The notes beneath the pieces are model-generated. The model worked only from the letters and a program-made list of their open reading frames with translations, was not told where the DNA came from and made no database searches. Both the position numbers and the translations under genes were made by a program. Shown here piece by piece: positions 11,801-23,121 of a stretch of 64,000 nucleotides of DNA. Positions within the stretch are counted from its first letter, which is position 1. Each line of letters begins with the position of its first letter. The stretch lies in NCBI GenBank assembly GCA_047495785.1, contig JBLDXI010000110.1:1-64000 (forward strand), read 5' to 3'. The stretch is from Lepidodermella squamata. Taxonomy: Eukaryota; Animalia; Gastrotricha.

Positions 11801-12552
11801 TTCGAACAATTTATGAATGCATGCAACCGGCAGCAAAAATATAAAAAAAAACCGAAAAAGCGCAAAAGCGCAAAATCATTACTATCGAAAAAAATTAATT
11901 CTGACCGTAAAATCTACCTGAATAAAATGCAGTCGCATGTGTTGCCGGCAGTCGAGACAACGACGTGGGGGGCTCGATCGGCCGACTAACTTCATCCATA
12001 GAAAATTCTGAACAGGGCGCCGTTGTCGCCCAGCATCATGCCACTGATTTGCTTCCAAATAAGGACATATCAGCCTCGATTATCCAGCGCATCGGGAACT
12101 TCACTTCGATTTTAGCGTTTAGTCGTTGCGGTCAGATCACCGCCCAAAGCCGTGCTAATTTTGCCGAATTAGAATCAGAAATTCGTCGATTCAGTCGTTT
12201 CGCGAGGCGGAGGCGGGCAGTTTTATCCGGCTTTGTCGTCGACGGCAGCTGAAATGCTGTTTCCTCTGGTTTTTGGAAGACTTTGGAACTTTGGAAGTAG
12301 GCGAAACCAAGCGATGGGCCACTCGCCAGCCATCGCCACTCACGCAAATAAAAAATTAATTCTAGCAAAATAAATAAATTGAACAAATTAATTCGACGTG
12401 GAACACCAACATCGAGGAGTGAGCGTGTGCCAAATGCGGCGCAAGTATTTGGCACAAGCCGTTGAGAAGTGCAGTGCTTTACGTTCACTCATTCAAAGCA
12501 ATAAAACAGCAACAGCAATAAAATGCGCGTAATAAAAATTGGCTGTGCGAGT

Positions 12553-12603
12553 GGGTCAAAGTCCACAGCGTTCAGTCCGACTGAACGCTGTGGACTTTGA
12601 CCC
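12553..12603. repeat. Perfect palindrome, 25-bp arms with a 1-nt centre
   Basis: GGGTCAAAGTCCACAGCGTTCAGTC-C-GACTGAACGCTGTGGACTTTGACCC. Confidence 0.97.
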
Positions 12604-12721
12604 GTACGCGTCCGTTAAAAACTCGCTCACTTTGCGAGTAATCAAAAAGCGACGAATAATTATCGTTATTATGACCTGCGTAACGGAAATGTTGTGCGCT
12701 AAATGGGCGAGTGAAATAGAG

Positions 12722-12800
12722 CAGTGTTTCTCAAACTATTTTCGCTCCCAGCCAAAGATTGCGACCGGATGCACCTTTCTGGCCGCATTGTCGCCTGAAC
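12722..12800 (+). mobile_element. hAT-like MITE left end (same family as 19876-20096; related inverted end near 11553-11569)
   Basis: CAGTGTTTCTCAAACTATTTTCGCTCC versus CAGTGATTCTCTAACTATTTTCGCTCC at 19876. CAGTG.TTCTCAA is a typical hAT TIR start. Confidence 0.55.
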
Positions 12801-13933
12801 CCTCCGCTGGTGTAGTGTAAAACGGACGATTCGGCGATTGGCGATGTAGGCGATGCTGGCGATTTGAGAGAAAGGCCGTATTTGATGTTTTCGAACCGAG
12901 TTGACCCCTCAACCCTGGGCTATACTATTGGAAGAAATACGGTATATTAGCACCTCAAAAATGGCGAATGTATTGTATGTCAAATTTCTAAAAAATGACC
13001 ATCCAAACAAAACATAATATTCCTAACCTAGAGCGAATCTAAAAAATCTAGGTCTAATTAATTCTTAATTTAACAATTTACCTTTGGCAACGTAATGTTT
13101 GAGTTGTAGAACAGGAGACTTGTAGCTCAGCGTCTTCTTACTTTCCATGCTGACGGGGTCGACTCGCGCCAGCACCGCATTTCGGCCGTCGTTGACTAGT
13201 TTCACGATGCGATACGGCCCGATATACCGCTTCGTCCAAACCTTGCCACCTTTTCTCCGAGGTTGCGATTGCGAGGGCTTCTGTCAGGTAAAATGGCTGC
13301 AGAACCATGCGATAGTTGGCAGCGGAATACCGGATGCGAAACATTCGTTGATCGGTTAACAACAACCTGGACCACCGTTTTATTCGCAGATCGCTCGATT
13401 CTTGGCGGTACTATAATGAGAAACATAACGCGAAATTAATGAAAAATCCACCTCAATGAATTCCAGATTTTGAATTTCTTTTGAATTTACCTGATTTTAG
13501 CGATTTTTTAATACGATTAAAAATATTTTTTTGAAACGAAGATATTAACAAAAAAACAAAAATCAGGTCAAACATTCGAAGTCAATAAAAAATACTGTAA
13601 AGCGGTACAATTTTGGACACTTGCTTCCACGCAAACTAACATATCGCGCCTGCGAATGGAAAATGCAATTTTAGTCCGGTTTTCGACGTATTTCGATCGG
13701 GGCCGTGCCAAGGATCATCCCCGTATTTTTAATTATTTTTTATTCGCAAGCGTAAGCTGTTTATTGTAAGGGGTACCCCAAAAGTACAATTTTGGACAGT
13801 AAGAAATTAGCAATAAAATTGATAATAAAAAATACACCTTAATATTGGCGTAACTATTTTTGAATCGAAAAATTCATTTCGTTCGTTGCGGATTTTTTTC
13901 ATTCCGAAATTTTTCAAATACGCTATCTCTGCC

Positions 13934-14250
13934 ATGGTTCGGAAACAGAAGAAAAAGGTTAAGCAATACACTGATGAAGAGATGATCGATGCGATTACCT
14001 TGGTCAAATCGGGTGCACATCCTTTACGCGAAGTTTACAAAAAGGGTCGAAAATTGGGCATCTCGTTGGGAACGTTCAACAACCGAGTCCTCCAGCGGCA
14101 CAGCGGTTCCATTGGCCACCCGACCGTCTTTTCTCCCGACTAGCTCGACTCGTTAGGGCCACTCAAGATTGGGCCATTCCGCTAACAAAGGAAGCGATGA
14201 TGGAAATCGGGTCTAAAATTGCTTCTATCGAGTTGGCGGATGACTGGTTT
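13934..14250 (+). pseudogene. Transposase N-terminus: pipsqueak-type HTH plus CENP-B/Tc5-type HTH, disrupted
   Basis: MVRKQKKKVKQYTDEEMIDAITLVKSG...LGISLGTFNNRV...GHPTVFSPD* (TAG at 14141), then after a frameshift QDWAIPLTKEAMMEIGSKIA...ADDWF. Confidence 0.75.
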
Positions 14251-14781
14251 AACGTCACTCCCGAATTTCAAAAATATATCGATGCGGCGTATGTCATTGA
14301 AGATGTGCAATCTGACGGGAACTGCTTGTTCCGCGCCCTTAGTATCCTGCTTCTAGGAGCTCAAACTCAACATTCCGCTGTTCGAGCGGCAGTTGTGAAG
14401 TACATCAAGGAAAACGAAGATGTGCTCTTACCGTTAAACGACGAAGAAGGCGACATTTCCGTGGAGGGTTTCGTCACAGAAGTGGAGCGACTGGCCAAAG
14501 CGGGTGAATGGGCCGGCAACAGCGCCCTCGTTGCCTGTTGTGAGGCCTATGATGTGAAAATCAGGGTGTTGCAACCAGACTTCTACCAGCCTGGGCGTAT
14601 ATTCGAGCCATCTGATCATTCGATCAGCCCTACAGAGCTGACTCTGGCCTACGTGAACCGAAATCATTACTGGGCGCTGAAACGAAAAGCACCCGAACGA
14701 CGACAGTTTTCTCCTGCCTCGATCGGTCCTATGTCCGATTTCAGCCAAAGCCGCTCAAATTGCCGCAGAAGTCGCTTGTAA
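14197..14781 (+). CDS. OTU-family cysteine protease (deubiquitinase) domain, in frame with the end of the CENP-B-type HTH
   Basis: VQSDGNCLFRALS (Cys at 14323), H.AVR..VVKYI, EWAG, LAYVNRNHY (His at 14665). No stop within the domain. Confidence 0.85.
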   Translation: MMEIGSKIASIELADDWFNVTPEFQKYIDAAYVIEDVQSDGNCLFRALSILLLGAQTQHSAVRAAVVKYIKENEDVLLPLNDEEGDISVEGFVTEVERLAKAGEWAGNSALVACCEAYDVKIRVLQPDFYQPGRIFEPSDHSISPTELTLAYVNRNHYWALKRKAPERRQFSPASIGPMSDFSQSRSNCRRSRL

Positions 14782-15904
14782 GAAAAAGCGAGTCGCAAAA
14801 GATTAAGCCAAAGTTCTTGCTATGCCTCATAACCAGCTATTTGGTGTTTGGACCATTCCTATTATTTTCGAGTTTCAACAATAAATTCTCCACCATGTGT
14901 ATGAAAACCTATCGCTAAAAGTCCTTCTTTGAGAAATAAAAATCTTGTGTTATCATATATCAGATATCATCAGTTGCCGAAACTAAGTTGACAGCGAGAG
15001 GTGTGGGTGATTGAAGTTTAAGATAATCACAAGGTTAGATTTTCTATCAAAAACGTGAAAAAGTCCTCCTAAATGGGTGTCCAAAATTGTACCACTGTCC
15101 AAAATTGTACCAAAACGTGTCCAAAATTGTACCGCCTACCCTGCCTACTTTGCTCGCATGCCACGCAATAACCGCCTTATAGAAGCTCGCGAGCGTTTGG
15201 GAATTTCATCTTCTAGTCGAGATCTTCAACCCTGTCGCTTTTTACACACGTAGCTGCTATAGTAAAGGCGGGGCGACGTCTCAAAATTGCAATTTTCGCT
15301 GTTTTTTCCGGATTTTGTATAAAATCAACCATGATGGTTGCAGTCTCAACAAAAAATTTGGTGGTAGCTATCAGTGCTGAGTATTTTTAGAAAAAATCCT
15401 AGGTCTGAATTCCTTATGGTTCTTGAGATAAAGCGTTGTGCGTGAATTTTTCAAATTTGTACCTGTATAAAATTGTACCATTTTACGGTAATTCAAAATT
15501 TAAATACCGTATTTTTTCGAATAAGGGCCGCAGCGACTATTTTCCTGATATTTTGAAAACGGCCTAAAAACGCGGCGATTATTTGGGTGCGGTCTTTAAT
15601 CGGATGCGGCCTTAATTTCATGGTTCAAAGTCCAGTCTTTTCAGTAAAAGTTTTGAGCAAATTAAGCTGAAGAATCATCATTCAACAATAAAACCTGATC
15701 GTATCCTCCGAGTCGTCCTCAGCACACTCAACTTGGCGCCAAGCGGACTTTATAGGGTCGTCGCTGAATGCTCTAAAAGCAGATCATCTAGGGCCGGGCA
15801 TCCAAGGATTGTAACCTAGACTGGTCAACGATCTCAGAACCGAATCCAGAGCGACGCCGAAAGGACTTGTTTAAGGCCCCGCCCTAGCATCACGAAACGG
15901 AGTG

Positions 15905-16650
15905 CTAGGGTTCGGGCTTAAGCGAACTCTGACCGAAATAAATAGATTCGATACCGGCCCGTTTGCGAAGGTCATCGGTATTGTGCCACGGCGGAAGGCG
16001 CAGGGCAATTCTGAGAGCTTGGTTTTGTATCACGAGTTTGTTTTGAGGCGAGCCATTGATACCGACCCAAGCAAGGCTGCCGAATATTAGCACGCTTCTT
16101 ATGCAGGCTTTGTAGACTGTTACGGCCGCTTCTTTGCTTAGGCCGAAACTTCTCCTACAGACGGCATGCAGTGCCACGAAACGCTGCGCCGCCTTTGCGA
16201 TAGCCAAGTCGATTTGCTTTTTGAATAGCAGCTTCGAGTCAATTGTCACACCCAGGTATTTCACCTCGTTGTGCCATTTCAACTCTGTGTCATCCAACTC
16301 AATAGCTGACTCGGGGGGGTTTGACGTGTTCGAAATTCGAATCGCTTGGCTCTTTCCGGCATTCGCTTTCAGCCGCCATTTCTTGAAGTAAGCCGAAACT
16401 TTCGACATGCCTTCGTTAAGGTTGGCGCGGGCGACCTCGCCTTTCTTGCTTTTTGAGATAAGTGCAATATCATCGGCGAAAAGGCAGTTAGACACCGATT
16501 TCGGCAGGTCCCGCGGTAGGTCGGCCGTATACAGAAAGTACAGTATCGGGCTCAGTGGTGAACCTTGCGGGACACCGCCGGTGATTTGCCGTACGCTACT
16601 ATGGCCGTTGCCTACCCGGCAGCTGAATTCGCGGTCGGTGAGGAAGTCCG
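15905..16650 (-). mobile_element. 5'-truncated LINE (Jockey/I-group-like) RT C-terminal half
   Basis: DFLTDR...GVPQGSPLSPILYFLYTADLP...LFADDIAL...KWRLKANAGKS...KYLGVTIDSKL. Confidence 0.9.
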
Positions 16651-17115
16651 CACTCCATTTGATATTCGGATCCTTCGCCTGGTCCAGCACTTCATCGTCT
16701 TTGTACCAAACAATTTCAGGCGGCGGGTGCCGAGAAGCCGGGCATCGCAGTACAGCGGAATTATTGACAATAGCCGCCACATTTTTCACAACTGCGATTG
16801 AGTCGATAACAGGCGGGACTAGGACGTCGAGTTTGAACAGCTTAACCAGCCGACCAGCGGCGTTAGCGGCGACAGGCGTAAATCGCCGAATCAGATCGGG
16901 CGACTCGGCTGATTTTCAACCGGCGGCCGTCGCTTTCAATCCGGACTTTCGTTGTGTTAGTCGGCGGCGGCGGGACAGGCGCGACTAGGCTGGGCGCCGG
17001 GGTGAAGTCGTTGTTCCAAGCCAGGTCGTTTTTGAACCCGCTGATTTTCGGCGATGGGAAGCCCTCGGCGTCGCAGTTGAATTCCATCGTGTTATTCACG
17101 ATGATTTCGAAATTT
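16651..17115 (-). pseudogene. Hemicentin-like I-set immunoglobulin fragment (about 1.5 domains)
   Basis: FNCDAEGFPSPKISGFKND...LKISRVARSDSAIYAC (frameshift) NAAG...KLDVLVPPVI...VLRCPASRHPPPEIVWYKD. It has a W-to-G substitution and a frameshift near 16865. Confidence 0.8.
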
Positions 17116-17667
17116 CATCCGCGTTTTTGATCGAGGGTGGTACGTAAACTTCGAGGGCGATTTCTCGTGACACAGCTCCGACACTTCATTTTTTACCACC
17201 TCGAGCTGCCAGAGCATTCCCATATAAAAGTCATTTGGTGCTCTTGGAACCGCAGTCCAATTCTCTGGGTTGCCTTGAGGTATTTTTCCATACAAGTTAT
17301 CGCACAACTTTCCTAAAAAACGACCAGTTTTTAATCGAAATTTTCAACATCTATCAAAATTATACCTCATTAATGATCTATTTAAGAGTCGAACAGTTCC
17401 TAGACAGTAGACAGTTTTACTTCAATTTTTTGAACGACATGAAGACATGAAAACATAAACCTTAAAATAACACGGTCTGTATCATTTCTTTTAAAAACCG
17501 GCCAGCCTATAAGAAGGATTGGCAAGTCAAGAAGCGTGCTACACCTAAGCGTGTCAGCAATATATCTTCGTCATTTCATAGGTCGGGCCGTGCAACCATA
17601 ACCAAAATAATAAGAAAATACTGTAAATAATCACGACACGATCTATATTATCTACGGCATAATCGGG

Positions 17668-17970
17668 TCAACGCCACGTTTCACGAACATTCTCATGACA
17701 TTTCGGAGGCCGTATTTCAACGCAGGTCAGGTAACTCGGGTCAAACGGAGCTCCATTCTGCAGCAGAATTTTGATGATTTGCCGATTATCACGACGAAGG
17801 GCGTGCATCATTGGGCCCTCGTAGTGATGGTATGTCTCCGGATCGTCACAATGATCAACGTAAGCTGGTTTTTCGACTTTAGTGCCTCGCAGCAGATCGG
17901 GATCTTGCTCAAAAACCGCTTTGACTTGCTCGATGTTCTTCTGGCAGATACTTAGGCCCAAATTCATAAC
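17668..17970 (-). CDS. Exon-like ORF with an ankyrin-repeat-like motif
   Basis: GPMMHALRRDNRQIIKILLQNGAPFD, preceded by a TTTTTTTTAG acceptor at 17971. Confidence 0.45.
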   Translation of the reverse strand, partial: VMNLGLSICQKNIEQVKAVFEQDPDLLRGTKVEKPAYVDHCDDPETYHHYEGPMMHALRRDNRQIIKILLQNGAPFDPSYLTCVEIRPPKCHENVRETWR

Positions 17971-18116
17971 CTAAAAAAAATTAATAAAATTTACTCTCGG
18001 ACGTGGGGGCGGGTGACTGATTCTTTTGGTTTGCCTCGTCTTCGCCCTCCTTAAAACCCGAAACGGTACACATACGCTCAGTCGCGGGAAACGTAAAAAA
18101 CTTTCAATTTCAATTT

Positions 18117-19247
18117 TCAAATTTTAAAACTGAAACGCCAATAAATAAAAGGAACACAGTAGCTGAGAGTGAACAATTCCAAATGTCTGTCATTTCCTCT
18201 TACACCTTTTTGCCAAATAAATACATGATTACTTACAAGTTTGTTAGCTTTAAACAAGCTCGGAAAGACGGCACGGATTTCGAGACCAAGAAGCTCGGAA
18301 TTCGACGCTAAATACCTTACGCCGGCAGGGTACTCGTCCACAATTACGCTTTGAATCGTATTGCAACCATCGTCTGCTGGTTGGAACTATAAAATGTGAA
18401 TGAAACTTGAATGTAAGGTATGCGGCGAATAGTTAGCAACACCACCTCAAAAGTGTGGATGATCTGTAGCTCGGAATCGAGAAAAAGAACAGATCGATCA
18501 GTGCCCTCTGCCCATTTCACGAAAATTTGGATCGGAATCCGCAAGATGTCAAAAGCCTAAGAAAATTTCCTGAAATAAGTAGCTAATTCGACTCTAGCTT
18601 ACCGGTATGCTACCAACTGGCAGTTTTAGAAGCCAGCAGCTACACCACCAATTTTTCTCGAACGAAGTCGGGCATTTGGAGAAATTACATTCAGGTTCCA
18701 TGATTTCCGAGATTGCAACCGGTACAGCTCTTAAAAATTCATCCAAGCCAACTTTTGACTTCCGTCTAAGTTTATCATCAGCCTCAGGGTCGACTCTCCG
18801 AGGTGGAGCTGTATGGCCAGCCCGATAATTGGGCACGTATATCGGCACATCGCGTATTAAAGGGTTTCTAGCCCGGAAAATTGTCTTGGTTTTCAGGTCG
18901 TACTGAAATCGATGAAGAGCTTCTTTATCACACAGAAATAGCCTGCATCTATCGGCCGGAAATTCTCGTTGGATGAAACCATCCCAAAAGAAGTCACATT
19001 CAAGATATTCTTTCCACCTATATCAAACATATTAGCAAAGAATCGCCAAATTATAAATTGCCTACTGTTTGCAAACGAGAGCGCAGCGTAGAAATAAGTC
19101 TCGATTTCTCAGGTAGAGGAAAATTTGCCTAGTCATCAGAGTCGGTAACGAGAATAACAGCTCGTTCGTGAGTTGGTCGCAATTTCGAGTTTCAGTCGGC
19201 GGAGCATCTTCGATTGGGTCAACATTTTTTCGTTTGCGAAGTGGCAT
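18117..19247 (-). CDS. Spliced F-box protein with a divergent FBA-like C-terminus (exons about 19247-19066, 19017-18603, 18556-18446, 18386-18117)
   Basis: The F-box LFSLPTLMTRQIFLYLRNRDLFLRCALVCKQ/WKEYL...FW is restored by removing a 48-nt GT-AG intron. Further 46- and 59-nt GT-AG introns keep the frame. EYPAGVRYL and CPTSF..W resemble FBA motifs of the FBXO2/6/44 family. The 3' end is uncertain. Confidence 0.7.
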
Positions 19248-19875
19248 CAAATATAATATCAATAACCTTCAACATAAAATGGCGAATATTGTTTCCAGCA
19301 ATACATAGTAAGGCTTAAATAGTTTCCTAATTCCTGATGAGCTTCACAAACATTATCTACAAGATGATTTTTGAACAAATGGCCAATTAATCTATCGGTT
19401 AGAAAAATAGAAAAATCAAAGAGTGAGAAATTCAGTTCAACTAACGTGACGCAAACAAGCCAGTCGTGTGGGCCGAAATCGCCGGATTTTGTGAGGTTTC
19501 CTTGCCATTCCCAGCCACGGCACGTCTGCGACGAATTCGGAACTCAAGGTTCCATCTTGATGACCAATGAGCACCACAGCGTGATTAGCAGCATATCAAC
19601 CCCTACTTAAAAACATAAAATGAAAATAACTTGAAATAAACAGACTGAAGAAAACTAGGGAAAATTGCAAAGGATCAACTTATGATTACAAGAAAACCTC
19701 TATTTTATTGCAGAATAATGGCTTATACTGAGTAACTCGAGAATCGGCGTGTAATACTGCTTGTTTGAAAGCACTACGACGTACAATTCGATTTTTCCTT
19801 GTTTTCCCGAATTTTTGGATAATTTTTGCAAAGGAAAAATAAGGGGGAGGGACATTCAGATTTGATGTGCCAAGC

Positions 19876-20096
19876 CAGTGATTCTCTAACTATTTTCGCT
19901 CCTGGTCAAAAATGGCGGCCGGCCACATTGCGGAAACCCAGGACTATTACCCTCGAACGAGCCGTCCGACCGCACGCAAAGCAAGAGATAGGCGGACCTC
20001 TGCCGGTCGCCAAAGTGGGCCTCGCCGGCCGCGTGTGGCCGAAAAAACGAAAATGATGATGAGCATGTGCACAGTGGGCACAGTTCTGAAACCCCA
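19876..20096 (+). mobile_element. hAT-like MITE, GGCCG-rich
   Basis: Left end CAGTGATTCTCTAACT and a degenerate right end CAGTTCTGAAACCCCA. Confidence 0.5.
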
Positions 20097-21751
20097 AGTT
20101 TAAATCGGCACTAACTGATAACGGAATTTTGAATGAGCGGCGGATGATAATATCGAAATGGGACTTTCAGCTATTACCGAACAGCCGGATTTAGCATTGA
20201 GCCGCAAGGTGGTGATCGCGATTCGCTGTTTCAGTCTCGCTGTTTTCTTCAAGAGCAGCGGGCATTTTTCTCAAGAAGTGCGCAATAACGGGTGCTTTTA
20301 TGTAAGTCAGGCAACTATGAAAAAGACATTGAGATATTATCAGTATTTTCTTCAATCTTCAATATTTAATCTTCGCGATCAGCAGTGGCGAAATATCATT
20401 TCAATCAGAAATAATGTGTGTTATTATATGTAACAAATGTTTAGGCGCATCACTACCGAAGTAAGATAGTTTTGTTAAGATCAACGTAGAAATAGTAAAA
20501 AATTGGAAAAATCAAGGTCCAAGCTTAGCACATCCTATAGCACATAGTCAATAGTCAAAGGCACATAGTAGTCAAGCTTCGAATCAGGCGATGTTCTTCA
20601 AGATTCTAGAGACCCAATTTTTGCAGTCTATCTTCGTAGTTGAAACCGTTATCAAGATAAACATTTTTCCAGAGTACAACAAACGCTTCGTCAATTCAAC
20701 TTGCACATTTTCAATAAAGTCAATATCAGAGAGTGATAGAGGAGAATTCAGCTAAAGAGCTTGAAATCAGCTATTGAAGCAAGGACATTTTTAGAATTTT
20801 TCTATTAAAATGGGGCTTTATGGAAAAGCGTCGGGCTTGGGCCCCGCCGGCTACATGCGGCCGGAAAAAGCTGGGTTGAGGACCACAGTAAGAATCTCAT
20901 CGCCGATTTTTTTAGTCAAATTTGACCGGCCCTTTGACAATCCTCATCACAACGCATTTCTTGGAAAGCAGTTAGACCAGAGTTGTCCACTGGTCGAAAA
21001 ATCGAGGCTTGACCCGGCCCGTCAATATATATCTCCAAACCCGGCAAAATAAAAATATCACAACCCATTTATTCATTCCTGCTTATTTCTCATTGATCAA
21101 CGACTTGAAAGGTACTTCAATTTAAAAAAAAAGTCGTCGTTAGCGCGGCAAAAATAATTTGTTATGCCTGCCAATATACTAAAAACCGCATTCACCAGGA
21201 ATCAGAAGTCCTATCTCTACTCCCGTGGATTTTCTCGATTTTTTTTCCACACAGAAAAGGCTCAACTCCATGGCACGAATACGAATAGGGCACCAGAAGT
21301 GGTATATGCACCGCAAAAAATTATTCAATCACGACAAAAAAGTGTGATGACTCGAACAAATTGCAAGCAAAAAATAATACTTTACGTTCACACCTTTTGA
21401 TCATTAACACTCTATGAGATAGGAATTTTAGCCGCACAAACGCTAGCTTGAAGAGCAATACAGAGTACAGTCATCAATGGAATGAACTATTGTGTGAAAT
21501 TTGGTATCGTCGGCAAAACATTAAGCAACAGAAGATGATGTAAAGCCTTCACTCGAAGTTTCATTTTTCATCAATCATACTTCATCTCTAATTTCATAAG
21601 AGGAGTATACGCAAATTTTCGAAGAATACAATCCAATTTTGAGCGATGTCGAAGGCGCCTTAACCAAAATATAAGCATGAATACAAGAAACGATGAGTAA
21701 TAATGTCACGCCATTTGAGAATCAACAATCAAGTAAAAAAGGTGAGCAGTG

Positions 21752-22134
21752 TTAAGGTAGCTGGGTCTCGTACCAACTTTTGAAGGCTTCGGTCTCCCTG
21801 ATTTTTTTCAATGGCTTTATCAGATCGAGCATAATTTCCATATTCAGGGGTAAAGACAGCAATCTTTGAAAATTGGAGTAGAAATCAGAAAATAGAGTGT
21901 ATTGGTATATCCTAGTTTTCTTAAGGCCGAACTTTTGTAAGCAAAATGGGTAAAAACCTTTAGCTGAATCAGGGAAAGTCCTTTTGATAGATTGCAGATG
22001 GCAGCCGACTTCGAAAGCTTGCTTTAGCTTGCTCGCTGCATACGTATGTTGTTGCTGAAGCACGATGAGCGTTTCGGCAACAAGAGCTTCGCGGCCAGAC
22101 TCGACATCGCCGGACTCGGTTTCTGCGGCATCTC
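21752..22134 (-). CDS. Terminal exon of an unknown helical protein with a DUF3102-like pattern
   Basis: Acceptor ATTTATTTTAG at 22135, then an open frame containing AFEVGCHLQSIK...GFYPFCLQKFGLKKTRIYQY. The family resemblance is by eye only. Confidence 0.45.
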
Positions 22135-22396
22135 CTAAAATAAATATTAATAGTATGAAGTAAAATTTGAGAAATATTTGCGACTGTTGTTGTTGCTGGC
22201 CGGTAAAAATGTTCGAAATCCCATACCGACAACGTTGTAACAAACAGCCATGTTGACAATTAAAAAATCTGAAGTACAGCGTGTCCCATAAGTAGCGCAA
22301 GCAAAGAAAAATACACGGAAAAGGGTTCAGAAACTCTAAAAATTGAGACGAAGTCACATCTAATGGCCAAAGAAATTGTAGACAAATAAAAAATCA

Positions 22397-23121
22397 CAGG
22401 GGTGTATTTTTTTTTATTTCCGCCTTGCTCGGGGCAGCCCGCCGGAAATGCGGAATAATTATTGAATGTTATTGGGTGATTGTGGGAGAAAAGTTGGTGG
22501 ATGAGTAGACACGTGCATTTCTAACGCTGTGAATTTCATCTTTGATATCTATTTTGGTATCAAGTATCATATTTTATCGAATAGTATCCTTCGTCTAATA
22601 ACAACCCAGTCGGTTTCTTTCCTAGTTGATTTTTAGGGCGGAATTTCGGATTTTGACGATACTAAAATTCATAAATCTGCCCATTTTGCTGCAATTCTTG
22701 TAAGATAAAAGACGATCAAACTTTGGCTCGGTTCGGATCTTGACTGGCGCTTTCAATTTATCACCCTCGAATAACGATCACCGCGTTATTAGCCCTTATT
22801 CGTACCCCCGGAATATTAATTCATCGCAAATTTGAATTCGGCATACCCTGATCACCAAGCGATCACAGCTAGGTAGCTTTGATGATTCATCGCGGGATCA
22901 AGTTATTAATGCAGTCGTCACGGTATTATTCGTATGATTTTTTGTCCAATTTTTGCTGTGAAATCGCGCCAATTACTTTTTGCTTGATCGCCCGGCTTCG
23001 CCAAAAGTCTCAAAAGGCCGGGCGAGTCGGGCTTTGCGGGCAGAATAAAAAAATGTATATGGGCAGTGCCCGGCTTTTTTGCGTTCAGGCAGGCCGGGCT
23101 GAATATAAAAATACACCCCAG
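22397..23121. mobile_element. TIR-bounded non-autonomous DNA transposon with a nested Tc2/pogo-like MITE fragment (about 22565-22810)
   Basis: CAGGGGTGTATTTTT and AAAAATACACCCCAG are inverted at 14/15. The internal ATTTTATCGAATAGTATCC is shared with the MITE at 32401. Confidence 0.6.

Larger units (their letters stand above)
13595..15488 (+). mobile_element. pogo/Fot1-type Tc1-mariner DNA transposon, DDE-less, carrying an OTU domain
   Basis: Left end TA|CTGTAAAGCGGTACAATTTTGGACAC and right end AAAATTGTACCATTTTACGG|TA match at 19/22 including TA. The motif GTACAATTTTGGACA occurs twice on the left (13605, 13784) and inverted three times at 15077-15133. An alternative right end lies at about 15141. 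Internally it encodes psq-HTH, CENP-B-type HTH and OTU. Confidence 0.8.

Noticed and set aside
15077-15133. Three 16-nt repeats with short gaps as CRISPR or iterons
   Set aside because: They are subterminal repeats of the pogo-like element, mirrored at its left end.
15882-15910. Hairpin CCCTAGCA...TGCTAGGG with a GAAA-containing loop as a ribozyme
   Set aside because: No hammerhead CUGAnGA core or HDV-like pseudoknot was found. It is more simply a LINE 3' UTR stem-loop.
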